Assembly: GCA_030265395.1 (NCBI GenBank)
Contig: JARFYF010000054.1
Coordinates: 13,707,288-13,771,287, forward strand
DNA from: Rhina ancylostomus
Lineage: Eukaryota
DNA length: 64,000 nt
Direction: 5' to 3'
Shown here: one piece after another, positions 38,929 to 54,229 of the stretch
Numbering within the stretch: the stretch's first letter is position 1
How the letters are laid out: each line of letters begins with the position of its first letter
Translations under genes and position numbers: made by a program
Notes under the pieces: generated by a model
What the model was told of the DNA's origin: nothing
What the model saw: only the letters and a program-made list of their open reading frames with translations
Databases searched by the model: none

Positions 38929-39040
38929 CCGTCGGACTACCTAGCGTCTTTCCATGCTGCCTTCTCTTTGCATCACTAAGAATGTCAATAATCAGGGTTG
39001 CAAACTCCCGGGCATTAAACCTAGCAAGTTTTTGTCGTCC
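38929..39040 (-). CDS. GIT1: GIT1 exon, SHD repeat 2: GRQKLARFNAREFATLIIDILSDAKRRQHGKTLGSPT
   Basis: 112 nt, tttag|GGA...ACGG|gtaagt. Confidence 0.97.
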
Positions 39041-40849
39041 CTAAAAAGAATAATGTTGAAAATTATGAATTTAATCAATGGTTAATTGCGAGGTTAACCT
39101 CAGAAGCTTTCTTCAGAAGCTTTCTTCCCTACAAATGTTTTTTCTTGTCCCTTGTCTGGCCGCAGTCTGCTGACCCACTTTCAAATAGTTTTTAAACCAC
39201 ACAGCCAAAGGAACCAATGATCACAGGGATCACTTGAACTCAGCTGGGGAAATATGCAAGGCGTGCCAACAACTGAACCAATCACAAGCCACTGAACTTT
39301 GAGATTTCAAAGCAGGGAAAAAAATATTAAAAATTCGACAGAGACCACAGAACATGCCAAGGAATAAACTGCTCATTGTTAAAAATATCAGACTTTCCCT
39401 CATTTACAGTATACTAGCATAAACAGGGATGCGGTCTGAAAGGGGTATGCAGAGCCACTCTAATCCTTTACAGGTTTTGCCGACCTGCTGCTTTTCATTA
39501 TGTTACTTCAGATCAAAACAGCAATGAGGCTGTTTTTCTCCTTGCATCATTTAAAAAAAATGACCTCAGTTTTAAAACATTTTTGCAGATAAAAATCATT
39601 CTAATGCAATGGCATTTAGTACAATGAACTGCACAGAAGCATGTAAATAAGTGCAGAATCTGGTAGGAACGTTGTTTAAAAGATTGAGCACGCACATGCA
39701 CACATGCACGTCAATAGGCAAGAGGGAGTACCAATCCCAACCCAATGCAGTCAAATATGCATGGATCATTATAATTTGAGTTACAGTTATACAATGCAAT
39801 AAAAAAAATCAATTTCCTCCGCATTTTGGGATCACAATTTTCATTCTTGTGTACTCAGGAGGTTGCAGTTTTTGAAATCTGAAGTTGCATGACCACTTTC
39901 AGATGGTGAGCAGCTGGAACCACTCCAGTTTAACAACATACTTGAGTGGAAACTTTAATGTACATAAGTCCTCTTATACGCTACCTTGAGAAATAATCAG
40001 AAAATATTGGGCAATGAGGTAGAAACAGTGCAAGGAATGACCAGACGTATTGAGAAGGTGGATTCTAAGATGGGTGTCGGAGGAAGCAGCAAGAGAAATA
40101 CGGAGACAGAATGANNNNNNNNNNNNNNNNNNNNNNNNNNNNNNNNNNNNNNNNNNNNNNNNNNNNNNNNNNNNNNNNNNNNNNNNNNNNNNNNNNNNNN
40201 NNNNNNNNNNNNNNNNNNNNNNNNNNNNNNNNNNNNNNNNNNNNNNNNNNNNNNNNNNNNNNNNNNNNNNNNNNNNNNNNNNNNNNNNNNNNNNNNNNNN
40301 NNNNNNNNNNNNNNNNNNNNNNNNNNNNNNNNNNNNNNNNNNNNNNNNNNNNNNNNNNNNNNNNNNNNNNNNNNNNNNNNNNNNNNNNNNNNNNNNNNNN
40401 NNNNNNNNNNNNNNNNNNNNNNNNNNNNNNNNNNNNNNNNNNNNNNNNNNNNNNNNNNNNNNNNNNNNNNNNNNNNNNNNNNNNNNNNNNNNNNNNNNNN
40501 NNNNNNNNNNNNNNNNNNNNNNNNNNNNNNNNNNNNNNNNNNNNNNNNNNNNNNNNNNNNNNNNNNNNNNNNNNNNNNNNNNNNNNNNNNNNNNNNNNNN
40601 NNNGAGAGGAGGGGTTAGTTCAGATAAGGTTGGTGCCATCAGATGGTGAATGTTTTGAATGCCAGGTATTGTTGGCAATGAACTAAAAGAGAATAGTGTT
40701 CCTGGAATGGAAAGAAGCTGAAATAGGAAGGAAGGTGAGAGACAGTGTGGTTGACCAAGTGGAGAAGCATATTACATTATGTGTCATAAATCACCCTTGC
40801 AGAAAATGTAATATGCTACTTTATGGTCAGCATCAGAATTTCAGATATC

Positions 40850-41095
40850 CTTGTGACACAGGAGGCATTCACTCCCTTCACTCTATGCTGGCACTGGGAG
40901 CAATTCATCAATTCCATTCTCCCGCTAATAACCAACACATCTATGGAATATGGGAGGAAACCAGAGCACCAGGGGAAATCAGTGTAGTCACAAGGAGAAT
41001 GCTGTCTGTGTGGCATTTGCACAATGAGGTCAAATTCAAACCCTGCCTAATGGAGCTGCAAGACAACCGCAATACCTGAAGCTCCTCTGTGCTAC
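40850..41095 (-). mobile_element. V-SINE (HE1-like)
   Basis: Reverse-complement V-domain tgggaggaaaccagagcaccaggggaaatc. Confidence 0.75.
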
Positions 41096-44000
41096 CAGTA
41101 TCATTACTGTTGAAATGGACTGGAGAGATTCAAACACTGATGCAAATTTGGGAGACACCAACAAAATTTAAAACATTGAAGAAAGGCTAATGTGTAAAGT
41201 AACGAGTTTTTTTTTGAAGAGGGTGATAATTGTGATTTTGAAAGGATGTGGGGAGGGAAGAAACACTTTAAGGTGAGGTACAATTTACATCCTTCATTAG
41301 CATGGGAGTCTGAGAAGAGANNNNNNNNNNNNNNNNNNNNNNNNNNNNNNNNNNNNNNNNNNNNNNNNNNNNNNNNNNNNNNNNNNNNNNNNNNNNNNNN
41401 NNNNNNNNNNNNNNNNNNNNNNNNNNNNNNAGTTTAAAAATAAACCAAAATTAGAATGGTTTCACCTGATTGCATTTACCCTGTAATCTTGGATAAATGT
41501 AGTGAATCACCCAGTTAGCCATTGATCTCCATTTTAAACCTTGTAGCATCTGTTTAAAAGACTTGAACCAATCTGGAATTCTATTATTTTAAGGAAACAG
41601 ATGTATGCAAAAAAGACCTGGAGGTGCTGTTATTGCTTTTCTCTCTCCTGAACCTAATCTGTTCATTAGATCTCATTAAAATAGGCCGGTGGTTATTCAC
41701 TATAGAAAGTTGAACATTTGAAATTTCTGTTGACAACTGTTTTTGTATTCACTATTAATTAAAATTTTCTCTCATCAATAAGATGCCATAAAACTAAACA
41801 GCTGATATTTATTAAAAATACACTAAGAACCATGCTTCATCAGACTTTATTTTCAGAGGATTTTTTTTTAGTCACAGCATTTGGATGCTAAAATGAAATA
41901 CTTTGTCAAGAATTATTTTCGGAATCATAGAAAAAAATGTGCATTTTGACAGCCATAAAGTCACTCAATATGCCAAGGATTGAAGAAAAATAATGAAAAT
42001 AATGAAAGCATAAAACTGGAAGAAGAGTATTAGAGATTCATAAGAACTTGCTTTTCAAAAGCACTGATTTATAACTTTCATTTTGAAGCTAATTATAAGC
42101 AGGATTTAGAAAAAAACTACTGCATTTGATGCACTTCACTGTTTATCCTTGCAAGATGCTGCAGCTTCCATTGAGAAATCATTTCCTGAGAGTCATTTAT
42201 AAATGTTTAATCTTCACTAGCATTTTATTTGGAAGGAAGGATGATTTTGGAGGAAGGCATTCAGGTGAGAAACGTTAAACTGATACACTGTGCTGTCGAT
42301 AACAATACACTTAAATACCTAACAGACCAACTATGGTACCTTCTCCTCAGACCACATCAACACCTCACTCCAATGGATAAATGCCGAGTGAGTTATTTAC
42401 CTACTCAAAGTCATCCCTAATGTTCTCAGAGATACTGTTATACATCCTACTCCAAAATAATCACTTCCATTAAGGCTGTGAATTCGTTTAATGCACAGGC
42501 ATGGCACTTCCAATGGCTGGATGAGATAGTGGTTCTTATATGAAGAAAACAACTTCCATTGATATTCTCAACTTCTGAATAGCGTTTTTATCTTCTTTGA
42601 AGGATAGTGTATCATATTGCTGCACTGCTCAACAGACAGTTGAGGCCCCCAAGCAAACATTTATCCTTCATAGGTAAGCATTAGCCCATTTGATCAGGGT
42701 GGGTTGTCTTAGCTGGACAGTTTTTGTAATAGGCACCAAAACAACCGGAGACAACTGGATTTTCACCTCAGCCTACTTCCTAACTTTTGTTTACTGAGGC
42801 CACTTCTGCATGACCAAATGAAATCATAGTTTAGGTATCAAACCCATGATCTTGCCCTAAATATCTAAGCTACTGGTGTATTTATCCATGAAGCCAGTTA
42901 AATTCCATAGGCTGATGCATTTATTACAACTTGGCAGCAGTAGTGTTTGTGACTAGTGCTTACGTGAGTGACAAATTACAATTAATCCGTCAGATATGAA
43001 TTACCATGAATGAGTTGTCTTTCCACACTTCCCTTGCTTACACGTGAACTAAACAGAAAAGTTGTGGAGCAGTCAGTAAGACTCAGCCACTTCAAAAAAG
43101 GATTTTAAACAATGATAACAGCTACAATGCATAATTGATATTTACATCATGTCCCATCACTCTCCCTGAGAAATGAGGTCTGTTAGAGTCTTAACTCTCA
43201 CCATCCATCCAAAGTTCCTGATTTTTTCCATCCACTCAAAATGCACTGAAGATGAGAAACTTGGAGCAGAAGATGTTACAATAACTAAGGGAACTACTTT
43301 TGGTCTTTAACAACTCACTCAATGTCTTTTGGAATTCTTTTACATTGAAGTGAAATACAAACATGTCCTTACACACTTGTAGGATTTGCAATTCTTCTGA
43401 GAATTAGATTGCCCAAGTTTTGCTTTAAGTGTCCCTGAGCCAAGTCTTTTTTTTTGGAAGGATAATCAAGTTCAAATATCTGCATAGTTTTGCAGTTATG
43501 TGGCAACTGAGGAGACAAGACCTCATGCTTTGAATTTTTGTGGCAAAGGCAAGCAGGCTGTGAATCTGATGAAACATTAATAATTTGTTTCAGTGCATCT
43601 ACAGAAACAAAGATCAAACACACACAAAAGATCTCATAACCTCCTTCCTGCTAAGAATNNNNNNNNNNNNNNNNNNNNNNNNNNNNNNNNNNNNNNNNNN
43701 NNNNNNNNNNNNNNNNNNNNNNNNNNNNNNNNNNNNNNNNNNNNNNNNNNNNNNNNNNTTAGTACATTTAAATACCAGTATAACTTGCACATTTATGTAA
43801 AAATACCAGACAGATGGATGCCAACCTTAGTGAACAGCTAAAAATTACAGCTTCACAGCACATACACTTGAGGTAAATATGATGGGGAAAAGTAAAGACA
43901 CAGCTGGATAATAGGTTTCAACTTTACCAATGAAACTGCCTTGACATACAAAGATTAAGAACATTTTCACTAATAAAGTTTATAACAACTACAACCTAAT

Positions 44001-44457
44001 GATAGTGGCCATTGATCACCTGTAATACAAGCCTGTGCAGCCAGGAAAGTGTCACTACCACCCTCTGTTACTTTAGGAAAGATAAGTAGCAGGAAAGGTG
44101 CTCAATCAAGATGAATTTAATCTGAAGGTGGTGAGCTGGCTGTCAAGATTGCTGTAATTATGTGGCTTTACTCCAGGACATTTAAATACATAAGTATTAC
44201 AGTTTTTTTGGGAGGGGGTGGGGAATTCAATTCCAAATGATCACTTTTACTGTGAGAATGTGCTACAAGAATGAGTGTTTGTGAGTAATGTCCAAGCTAT
44301 AATCTTCCTTTAGTGTAGATTCATTCTTTGTTCCAATGTCTACCTTGTATTCTGGCATACACTATTAACAACAAACAATAAAACACTTTTACATTCATTA
44401 AGTAGGGAAAATACAAGCAAAAACACAGTTAAATGAAGACCATGTATTTCAACATAC

Positions 44458-44555
44458 CTGGTTCCTAGTTGCAGAATATTCGGGATTAACTGGAAGAAAG
44501 GGTACAGCACTACGCTCGGTCACTAAAGTGCTATGGTTCTGGGTGGTCAGCCACA
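44458..44555 (-). CDS. GIT1: GIT1 exon (V)WLTTQNHSTLVTERSAVPFLPVNPEYSATRNQ
   Basis: 98 nt, tgcag|TG...CAG|gtatgt. Confidence 0.97.
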
Positions 44556-47500
44556 CTGCAAATGCACCAAGAAATGTGATAGTGAGCATGACATTATAAA
44601 TAATATTTTGAAAGCTCCTGTGAATAATGTGGACTTAAACAGTTTACCAGAGAAAAATGATATCTGGGCAATTCAGGCTTCCAATGGTGTACATTAAGTA
44701 CATTAATATAGCCCGTCTGAGGGGGTCATTTAGATGTTAACTTTACGACTTAGGATTTTTAAAAAATAACATGACAATAGAACAAGAGGTGTTTTTGGTC
44801 CAACACAAACAAGCATGCATGTTTTATTTAACTTGAAGAGGTTGCTGTAGGCTGGTGCTTGTTAGGATTGTATTAGGTCAACAGTATAATAAATGCAGTT
44901 GACTGCAAGGACTGGAATACAGACTCACTTATTCCAGTTTTGATATCAGGCCTGCTGGTGGGGTGATACAGTGATTCACTGGAGAGGAAAACATGTTGAT
45001 AGGATAATTGACCATATGCAAAACATTCCGATCCCTTCAACATTGTTAGCATCCTCTTGTGGTTAAAAATACACACTGCATCAAGTCAACTTATTCCATA
45101 ATGACTATAAATAGGACCCGCAAAAAATATTCTTTGTGAATAGAAGCCTGTAGCTTGGTTATTTGTCTTTCCTGCAGCAAATGTGACTTATTGCTGCTGA
45201 AATAAATCTTCAATGTTGCAGCCCAGCTATCAAAACCCATCTGAATCTGTAAAACACTATCTGCAATAAAGCAGTGCTAATTAATCTTTTCATAAAGATT
45301 CCACTGCAGCAATCTAAAATTGGATTTTTTCTACTTCCTTAAAGATCCACTTTATGATAAAGTGGAGAAGTGATGAACAACCTAGAAGTATTTAATGAAA
45401 AGACATCACATGGATAGGATTTAATGACTTTTCTTCTTGCATTTTAAATAATGGTACATTAATACAAACTTTAATTTTGATTAAAATTATGAAATCTTTA
45501 AAAGATGTACATTGGCCAGTTCTGAAGGAGTCATCTTTCCTTAATCTTCATAGATGTTTCCTTCTGAATATGTGTCACTCCTACTCCGTATTATGGAAGT
45601 CAATTTTATTACAGTACCTCTTTGTCCTAATGATAATAGAAATTGTTTCTCCTAATCCTCCCGTAACACTCTACTGATGAACATTTTAAATTTATGTACT
45701 CTTAATTACTTCATATTAGTGTCAAATATATTGCAATTGTGCTAATGATTTTTAAATAATGTTTTTGCAATTGCCTCAGAATAGGTGAATTCACAATTAT
45801 GAAATAGTTATCTAGTTGAAAACTTTAGAATGTTTTGGCTCTATGAAAATTGCCTTTGATAACATGCCACTCCTTGCGCCACTCACTAGTACATCATTTA
45901 GCACTCAGGAATGAGCGCATTAATTGAATCAGCTCTAAAAATTGACATCATGTTCTGTGCTCTCACTGGTCAAATACCAATGACTTATGCATTGCCACTG
46001 GCCAAGCAAATGTGAAAAATGGCTGAATTTGGCAATCTGTCTGAATGCATTTAGGAAGCTTATAAACTGGCAAATTTTAACAACATTTATGTTTTTTGTT
46101 TTTTTAGTAAAAATACTTTTCTTCCAAGCAGAGAACACCTTAACGAATCAGTGTGCTGCAGGGTAGCACTAAGCAGGGCACGTGTTTAGGAGAAAAGACA
46201 AGCAGCCTATATACTTTAATGCTTTGGTGCAACGTAATGCTTTAGTATTTTAGTGCAATATGACTTATTTTAAATCTCACTCAATGCAATTTCTCTCATA
46301 ACGCAACGCAACTCAACATACTCTCCTAGAGGCAGTCTAAATTTGGAAAAATAACAAACTGCAGAATTTAGTTTGAGGCCTAAAGATATTCCACTTGGAA
46401 TAGAGATATAACAACTAGAATAATATCAAATAATATACACTTTTATAATTGTATCAGTCTTTAAATTAGTGCAGCACATGATCAGGTCTGAAGCAAAACC
46501 TACTGCAATCCTAACTTTCCAATTCACAACACTGAATAATAATGCGATGTGGTTTACAGTTCCTATGTAGGGAACCATAAAAATGATTTACAACATAGAA
46601 AGACTCAGAATTTCACTAATCTTGCTAATATTTTAAAAACATTTCTTCAGAATCCAGAACAGTTCTCTCATTTTCATATTTTTAAAAAACTGCAGCACTA
46701 CTACTTTCTAACAAATTGTTATTTACAACTAATTAGCATTTCATTATCATTACCTGTGCAGGAGCTTTAAAATAAATATGGTGAGCACACTTTAATTACT
46801 GTTAAAAGGCTATGTTGAAATACTGAGTAATCTGTCATGAGGGGAATGGTCTCAATTAATATACACAATGTGGCAGACAAACTCTAGAGATAAAAGCACA
46901 ATTTTATTTTCTCATATTAGTAGGCTCAGTCATCTCTCCCAAATGAGCTTCCTTTGGATGGTCATTCCATATTTAAAAAAGATGTTTAGGAATGGATGGA
47001 CAAAGTTGAAACAAAAGAAGTGATTTTCTTTTAAATATGATGAGTAGTGGTGCCATGAATGGTTGCAAATTTTCTTCATAACCTAGCCAATCACCAGTAA
47101 AATTCAGTCACAGAATTGCATCCTGCTGCATTAGTAAAATGGTACTTTACATTAAAATTAGTGGAAGATTAAAAACAATCATATCTGCAGTAGCTACTCT
47201 CTTACAAGACAGACATTAGACTACTCTTACACATTATTGGAAAGGTTTCTTTGTTCTGTTGTAATTTCAAGGGGTCAGAGGCTATTTGGGGTACATTTGA
47301 CTTAAAAAATGCACACAGTAAAGCATTTACATTAGTGCCTTCTGAATGTTAAAAGCTCACAACTGTAAACACAGGATAGGTAATGACTATACTTAGTATT
47401 AATCTATCATCCCACAATTATTGCATAACAGACCAAACTAATGACCCTTTTAATCATGAGGAATTTTTAAAAAATCACATCTGGATTTTCAATACAGGTA

Positions 47501-47729
47501 TAATTACGCATTTCTATTCTGTCACAAATAGTTTTAGAATGAAAGATGCTGTGTGAATACATACAAAAGAGCAAGAAAGTAAGTTCTGGGGATGTTAATG
47601 CAGAAATGTTCATTTTCTCAAATTCAGATATAGTTTTGTGTACCATAACTGAAGGAAATGGGGGTTAAAATAAAGGATTTTCATGCCAATCAGTACCCAC
47701 CTGAAGACCAGTAATCACATATATTCTGA

Positions 47730-48170
47730 AATAAAGACGGAAAATGATGCAATTCCTCAGCAGGTCATGAAACATCTGTAGACAGAGAAACAGTAGGCAT
47801 TTTGGCCTTTGACCTTCCATCAGAACTGGTTAACAACCTGAAATGTTACAAATAAATGTTTCTTCTCTCCACAGATGTTGCCCGACCTGCTAAACACTGC
47901 ATCATGTTTTTATTTCAGCAACCCAGATTCAATCCTGACTTCTGGTACTGTGTGGAGTTTGCGTGGGTTTCCCCGGTGCTTTAGTTTCTTCCTACAGCCC
48001 CAAAGATGTGTGGGTTGTCAGGCTAATTAACCACTGTAAGTTGACCCTAGTGTATAGGCAAGTGAGAGGATCTGGTGGCATCAATGGGGGAATTAATGGA
48101 GGACTGGACCGCTCTTTGAAATGACAGAATCAATGGGCTGAAAAAGCCTCCTCTGGTGGCATAAAGTGAT
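47730..48170 (+). mobile_element. Penelope-terminus fold-back followed by a V-SINE
   Basis: ctcagcaggtcatgaaacatctgt ... acagatgttgcccgacctgct; then tgtggagtttgcgtgggtttccccggtg. Confidence 0.65.
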
Positions 48171-48579
48171 ACAGATTTTCAGAATCTAGTTTTCTTTGGT
48201 TTTCAATCATATATATTTGACTCCTCTCTGCTCTAATGTGCCCTAAACCTTCCTATGCAAGGACACTATTCCTTCTGCATCATCACAAATTCCACAACAA
48301 TGACTCAACGGTGCGAATGGCGCTGCACTGTGGGACACTTTGCATCATAAGCCTAAACTCACTAGTGCTCTGGATTGGTAGCTTATTATAGGACCAATAA
48401 ATGATATAAAAATTTATTCCATCAGTTAGGGCTTGACTTGAATCCAGATTGGCAGGTATACTAAACTACAGAACTGATAAGCTCCCAAGAATTAAATTTA
48501 AGACTATTTTAATTCCAACAACAGACATTTGGCTTTGCAATCATCATTCATTCACTTCATGATAAAGTGATACGAGAGT

Positions 48580-49090
48580 CCATAAGATATAGGAGCAGAA
48601 TTAGGCCATTAGCTCAGGTCTGCTCCACCATTCAATCATGGCTGTCTTTATTAAAACCTCTTTTCTCCTGCCTTCTCCCTGTAACCCTTAACCCCATTAC
48701 CAATTAAGAACCTATCAATCTCCATCTTAAATGCATCCAATGACTTGGCCTACCAGCAACCACATCTGTGGCACAAATTCCACAGATTCACCACCTTTTG
48801 GGTGAAGAAATTCCTCATCTCAGTTCTAAAGGGATGTCCCTTTAATCTGAGGCTGTGCCCTCATATCCTAGAATCTCCTACTAATGGAAACATCCTCTCT
48901 AGGTCCCCTCTATCCAGGTCATGCAGCACAGAAACAGACCTTTCAACCCTGTGTCCATGCTGGACATCAAGTACCTACTTATAATAATCTCAGTTTTCAG
49001 CACTCAGTCCGTAGCCTTCTATACCATGGTGTTTTAAGTGCACATCTGAATACCTATAAGAGTTGTAAGAGTACCTGCATCCACAACCCT
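48580..49090 (-). mobile_element. Two CR1-like 3' fragments
   Basis: cataagatataggagcagaattaggccatt (CR1 3' end, reverse) and gcagcacagaaacagacc. Confidence 0.8.
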
Positions 49091-52000
49091 ACAGGTTACA
49101 CACAGGTTTCAATTTTTCCTTTTGCAACTGGGTTTGCCACCTACCTGCATTTTGGCATGGAGAAATCTCTGCAGAAAGCTTCAATGTTTTAAACTTAACT
49201 GCATTTTAACAGACTTCATGAATTAGTTAGTGAAACAATTCCTCACAGGGCACACAGACAAAATAAGTAAGGTGGCTTTGGGTTTGATATGCAGGCTCTG
49301 CTGAGTTAGCCAAGGTTTTCAACTAATATCCACTTCTCCAGGACAAAGAGAATGAAACAGCCTATATTCTCCTGTCTACACACAGAGGCTCCTGCTAGAA
49401 AGAATGAACATCAGGAAAAGACAGACTTGGCCTCTGTCCAGGCTCATTTGGCAATACCCACAAGATGCAGAATATCTGGAAAATTTCACAATTGGATAAG
49501 ATAGCTGAAGCTGAGAAGTGGGTATAATCTGGAAAGTTATGGATCTATTAATTTATACAAATGACATTTTCAATTTCTTTTCTTATCTAGCCAGTGTTCA
49601 GAGTTCACTTCAGTTTTTTTTTATCTCACACCTACATCTGTTAACAGCGCTACAAGATCAGGGTCTCACAACGCAATCAACAGTCATGCTTTGGAACCTA
49701 CCATATTTCAAAGACCTCTGATCCTGAACTAAAACATGTCCCAAACAATTCACAACTTGCACAATTAGCACTTGGAAATTGAATAATCAAGTCAAACAAC
49801 TTTCAGAGAAATTTAAGCCACCCTTAGACTCAAAGCAAGCCAAAACCAGTTCAGGCGAATAATTACAAAAAAAAGTAATTCTTACCTTATTTTGTATCTA
49901 GCTTTTTATCATGTGTTTGCAGTTATGTTAAATCTCCTTTAAAACCAAAATGTACCTTGTTTGAGCTCTGTGCTCCAAAGCATTAAACCCAAATAAGCTT
50001 TGAATTTTAGTTCTCTCTTCCTGTTTAGGTAGCTAGCTAGCTTCTATATTTAGGAAACTGATGAAAAATACCAACAGACTGATGAACACAAATGTTTTGA
50101 ACACTATCCATAATCGAGGCATTAAACTGCCTGAACTCCAGGCAGTTCATTTCCACTCTTGTTCAGCTACCTTCTACACTGTAGTACACACAGAGTTAAA
50201 TACCACATGTTACTTATCCTCATCAGATAATGAGAAAGTGCTGAACCAAAAGCTTTTCCAAAAATGGATAAGTTTTTCCAGTCTCCAAAAAGTCTGTTGG
50301 CAGCAATAACAAGCACTTCCCACAGTAAGCACATTCCTATCACAGTTCCTTACTAAAATTGATTTTTGGTGACCCTTAGACCACTGGTACCACTATTACG
50401 CTACATTATATGCTTCCTTTACAAGAGTTTGATACAAAAAATGATTTTAAAGAATATACAAAATGTTTTAACAAAATGTTTATATTAAAAAAACAAGACT
50501 GAACTCCTGATTCCAAATAACTTAACTGTTTAAAGATGATGATCAGTGTCATAATATTTTAGGCCACCTCTGACAAGAGCTACGATGGCACAAGCTGGTT
50601 GAATGGGGGTATTACTGAACTTCGTGACACAGAATTAGATCATCTGGTCTATGCTGCCTGTAGATAAGAATGCTGCAATTGTCTTCAGCATCTGGGAGCC
50701 AGGAAATAGACAAAATGACCATAGAGTTTCTGTGTACAAGGCCTATCCAAGAATACCTCCTGGAAACCATTGAAATGCAGACATACAGATGTTCTAAGAG
50801 GCTAGGGTCTAATCTTGTCAGATAAGTTGCTTGAGATATTCACACACAAAATGATTTTGGATAGGTTGGGGAACCAGGGAATTTTGCTATGGGAAGAGAA
50901 TAGGAAGAAGAGAAGGGGGGGGGGGGGGGAGGGAAGTCTTCCATGACAGCATCCCTGTTAATACACACAGAAATATTAGACAGGTTTAAAAATCATACAA
51001 TTCAACTTGGATTTCATGCATTCTGCATATTTGGATACCAACAATCAAAATTAATTAAAACATGGGCTAAATCATGTTTTGTTGAGTGGTAGCTCAAGAA
51101 AGTGCTGAGATATTAGGCTGAAACACTGTTTCTTACCTTTATGCTTGGCATTGATGTACCAATAGTAATAATATTCATTTGAACAGTCACCAATCTTCAT
51201 TAAAATGGTAAATTCTTTATTTTGTTGTATTTTTAATGAGCTAATTTTTAAAAAAAAATTTCAAATCCACTTCATAGCTTTTATATGTCTCAGTTAGCAA
51301 TGTGCTGCCAAATGCCATCAGGGTAGAGCTGGCAGTAGGGCTTCTAGTTCTGCTTTGAGGCCTGCTCTGTGTCATGGAAAGTTAGTACAGTCCTCCAGTT
51401 TAGCCCATTTCATGTTGCCACATCTGCTGAATGGGCCATGGGATTAGCCTGGCAGTATCACAGCAGGTCAGATCAAGCATAGTCTAGCCCAAAGATCAAT
51501 AAGGGAGATAAAACTCTACTTATGGCATACAGCAGACCATCCAGAATGATAACATTTCCAATTATGGGCTTTTGGCATAAATATGCATCTCTAGATTCAA
51601 GAAACATTGCGACCCTGAATAACTGTCTTGCAACTTTTTGTCAACAATGACTACAAAAGCTTTTCCGATGGACTCTCACGATTGCTAACTATGCATCACA
51701 CAGCCAAATGTTTAATTTGGCAACTATTGTATTGGTTGAATCAACTCCAGTGTTGATGCATCTGTGAAGTATTTTTCTTTGAGCACATTTGATTAAAGAC
51801 ACAAAGGAAGATTAATATTTGCAGATAGTAAAAATAAGCTTTGATTCTTTATTTTACACGTAGGGAAAACATTTGGTTTAGGTTACCCTTTTTCCTTCAA
51901 TAACTAAGCAGCAAAGTGATGGACACCAATCTGCCAATTTTATATGTGCATCTGCTGTAAAATCTCCATACAGCTTATTCAGGAATTATTTTTCTTTCCT

Positions 52001-52309
52001 CACCAACATTCAGTACACAGTGAAAGTAGACACAAATGCATTTATATCTATAGTGGGATTAAATTGAGATATGAAGAGACATGTTCAAAATCATTAGCAA
52101 AGTTTAATGTAGTTTCTTTCTTTCATGCTCCTCCTAGAGTGCTGGCTAACATGATCAATATGAATAATGCAGAATGGAACACGTCTGACAAAAAGCATCC
52201 GCACAGAGTTCCTGGAGATCACATCTACTCTACTGNNNNNNNNNNNNNNNNNNNNNNNNNNNNNNNNNNNNNNNNNNNNNNNNNNNNNNNNNNNNNNNNN
52301 NNNNNNNNN

Positions 52310-52940
52310 NNNNNNAACACTACTAATTTCTCAATTTTTTTTAAATATCCAAAAATCCATCAACCTGTCATGAATATAGCAGTGACTGAGTTTCTATAGT
52401 CCTCTTGGGTAGAGGATTCTGAAGATTCATATTGTCTGGAAGAAGTTTCTCCTCATCTCAGTCCTGAATGGCCAGCCCCTTATTTTTGGGCTGTGCCTAT
52501 AGCCTTCTCCTGATCTTATTTTATTGTGTTCTAGCCACACCTGGCAGGGGAAACCATCATCCTTCATCTATATAGTCAACCTCTACAAAAGTTTCAAAAT
52601 GTCTCTCAATCTTCTAAACTGGAGGTATAGGTTCAGTATGCATGAGCTTGATACTGTCAGGGCAGAATTTCCTCAAAATGAGGGATTTAAAAGTTAACTA
52701 ACAAAGCATATGTGCCCATGTTCCTTTGATCATCAACATGACCCAATCTCTCACCATTCAACAATTATTGTGTCTTCATTATATGCAAAGTGGATGACCT
52801 CATTTTTCCTCATTATATGCCATTTGGCATGCTCTCTCCCACCGACTTTGATTGCTTATATTCCCTGAAGCGTTTTCATGATTCGCTGTTATCATAATCC
52901 CACCAAGTTTAATGCCATCTAGAAATTGGAAATATAACAT
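52310..52940 (-). mobile_element. CR1-like fragment
   Basis: gaagaagtttctcctcatctcagtcctgaatgg; aagtggatgacctcatttttcc. Confidence 0.65.
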
Positions 52941-54156
52941 TTGGTCCCTTCTTACAAAGAAGCTGACATGCTCTCAATAGAAACAGAGGTGAAGATTTCT
53001 AAAGAGCAAAATACTGTAGGTGCTGGGAATAAATTAAAAACAGAAGATTCTGGAAATACTCAGGTTACATCTAAGAAGTGAAAAACAAAATTAGTGTTTT
53101 GGGTCTAAGATTTGTCAGATCTAGGGAAAGGCTGACAAGCAGATCTTTAATAAAAAATGTAGGAGGAAGTACCTTCCAAGGATTTGGGTTTTCTATTAGA
53201 TTTAATCAAAAGGGAATGAATTTTATTTTTAATTGCTCAGCAAAGCATTGGGGTGAGGCCAAGGGGATTTTCATTCCCAACATCCAGTTTTGCCTCTTTC
53301 AGCTTTGCTCAAAATCTATTACATGCCAAACTTTTCCATATCAGAAATAAGGACAAAGTGAAGTGTTGACATATCCTTCTTGCCAAAGATGCTGCCCAAC
53401 ATTTCCAGAAGAGTGTAAAAATTTCAACTTGATTGCACATAGGTCCCTCACACTAAACAGGTTCCAGTTGAACATTATATCTTTCCAATATTGAAAAGAT
53501 ACGTAGTTTCACATGTATTCCTTGATTTATGAATGCTCTACTTAAAAAGAGATACAGCATGGAAACAGGGCCTTTAGCCCTCAAGTCTGCACCGACAATC
53601 AATCACTCATTTACTCTAACCCTATCTTAATCTCATTCTTATTCTCCCTACATTCTCATCAGCTCCTCCGATTCCACCATATTATGAAATCACAGTAGCC
53701 AATTAATCTACCAACATTTCTTAGTTTCTTTGTGAACTTACCAATTCAACAGTTCTGATTTATATTGTTCATTGTATAGTATGAGTTTAAAAGGAAGGGC
53801 TTCTCCTTGACACTAAGGGAAAGATTTTCCAGTCTACAAATTGCAGAAACAAAAATTATATGGATTCCAAATGCTCATATTCATGGCTTTACTGGAATGC
53901 ATGAGTATAGAAAATCATCCTGCTTAGTTCACAATAATTTTTTAGACACGGGGACCTAGGGAGCCTTTGTTAACAAAGTATAAATCTTTGCCTCAATGCC
54001 ATTGACTCTTTGGGGTATTGTCTCGATTTATGAATCAAACTTTTGCCTCACTAAAGAACATACCTCTCATTGTACCAACATACCTTTTAATGCATTTCAA
54101 CCAAGTTACAAATTTTGCTTAATGAAATACCAAAAATACATGAACTATCGATATAC

Positions 54157-54229
54157 CTGCATCATTCTCACGTCGATCAACTTCATCATAAACATCCATC
54201 GCAAGTTCTTCAAAAAGTCGGTTATTTAG
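54157..54229 (-). CDS. GIT1: GIT1 exon, SHD repeat 1: LNNRLFEELAMDVYDEVDRRENDA
   Basis: 73 nt, tgcag|CTA...GCAG|gtatat; Spa2-homology motif. Confidence 0.97.

Noticed and set aside
39974-40686. Long ORFs of 190-234 aa in the track
   Set aside because: They consist mostly of N-gap codons
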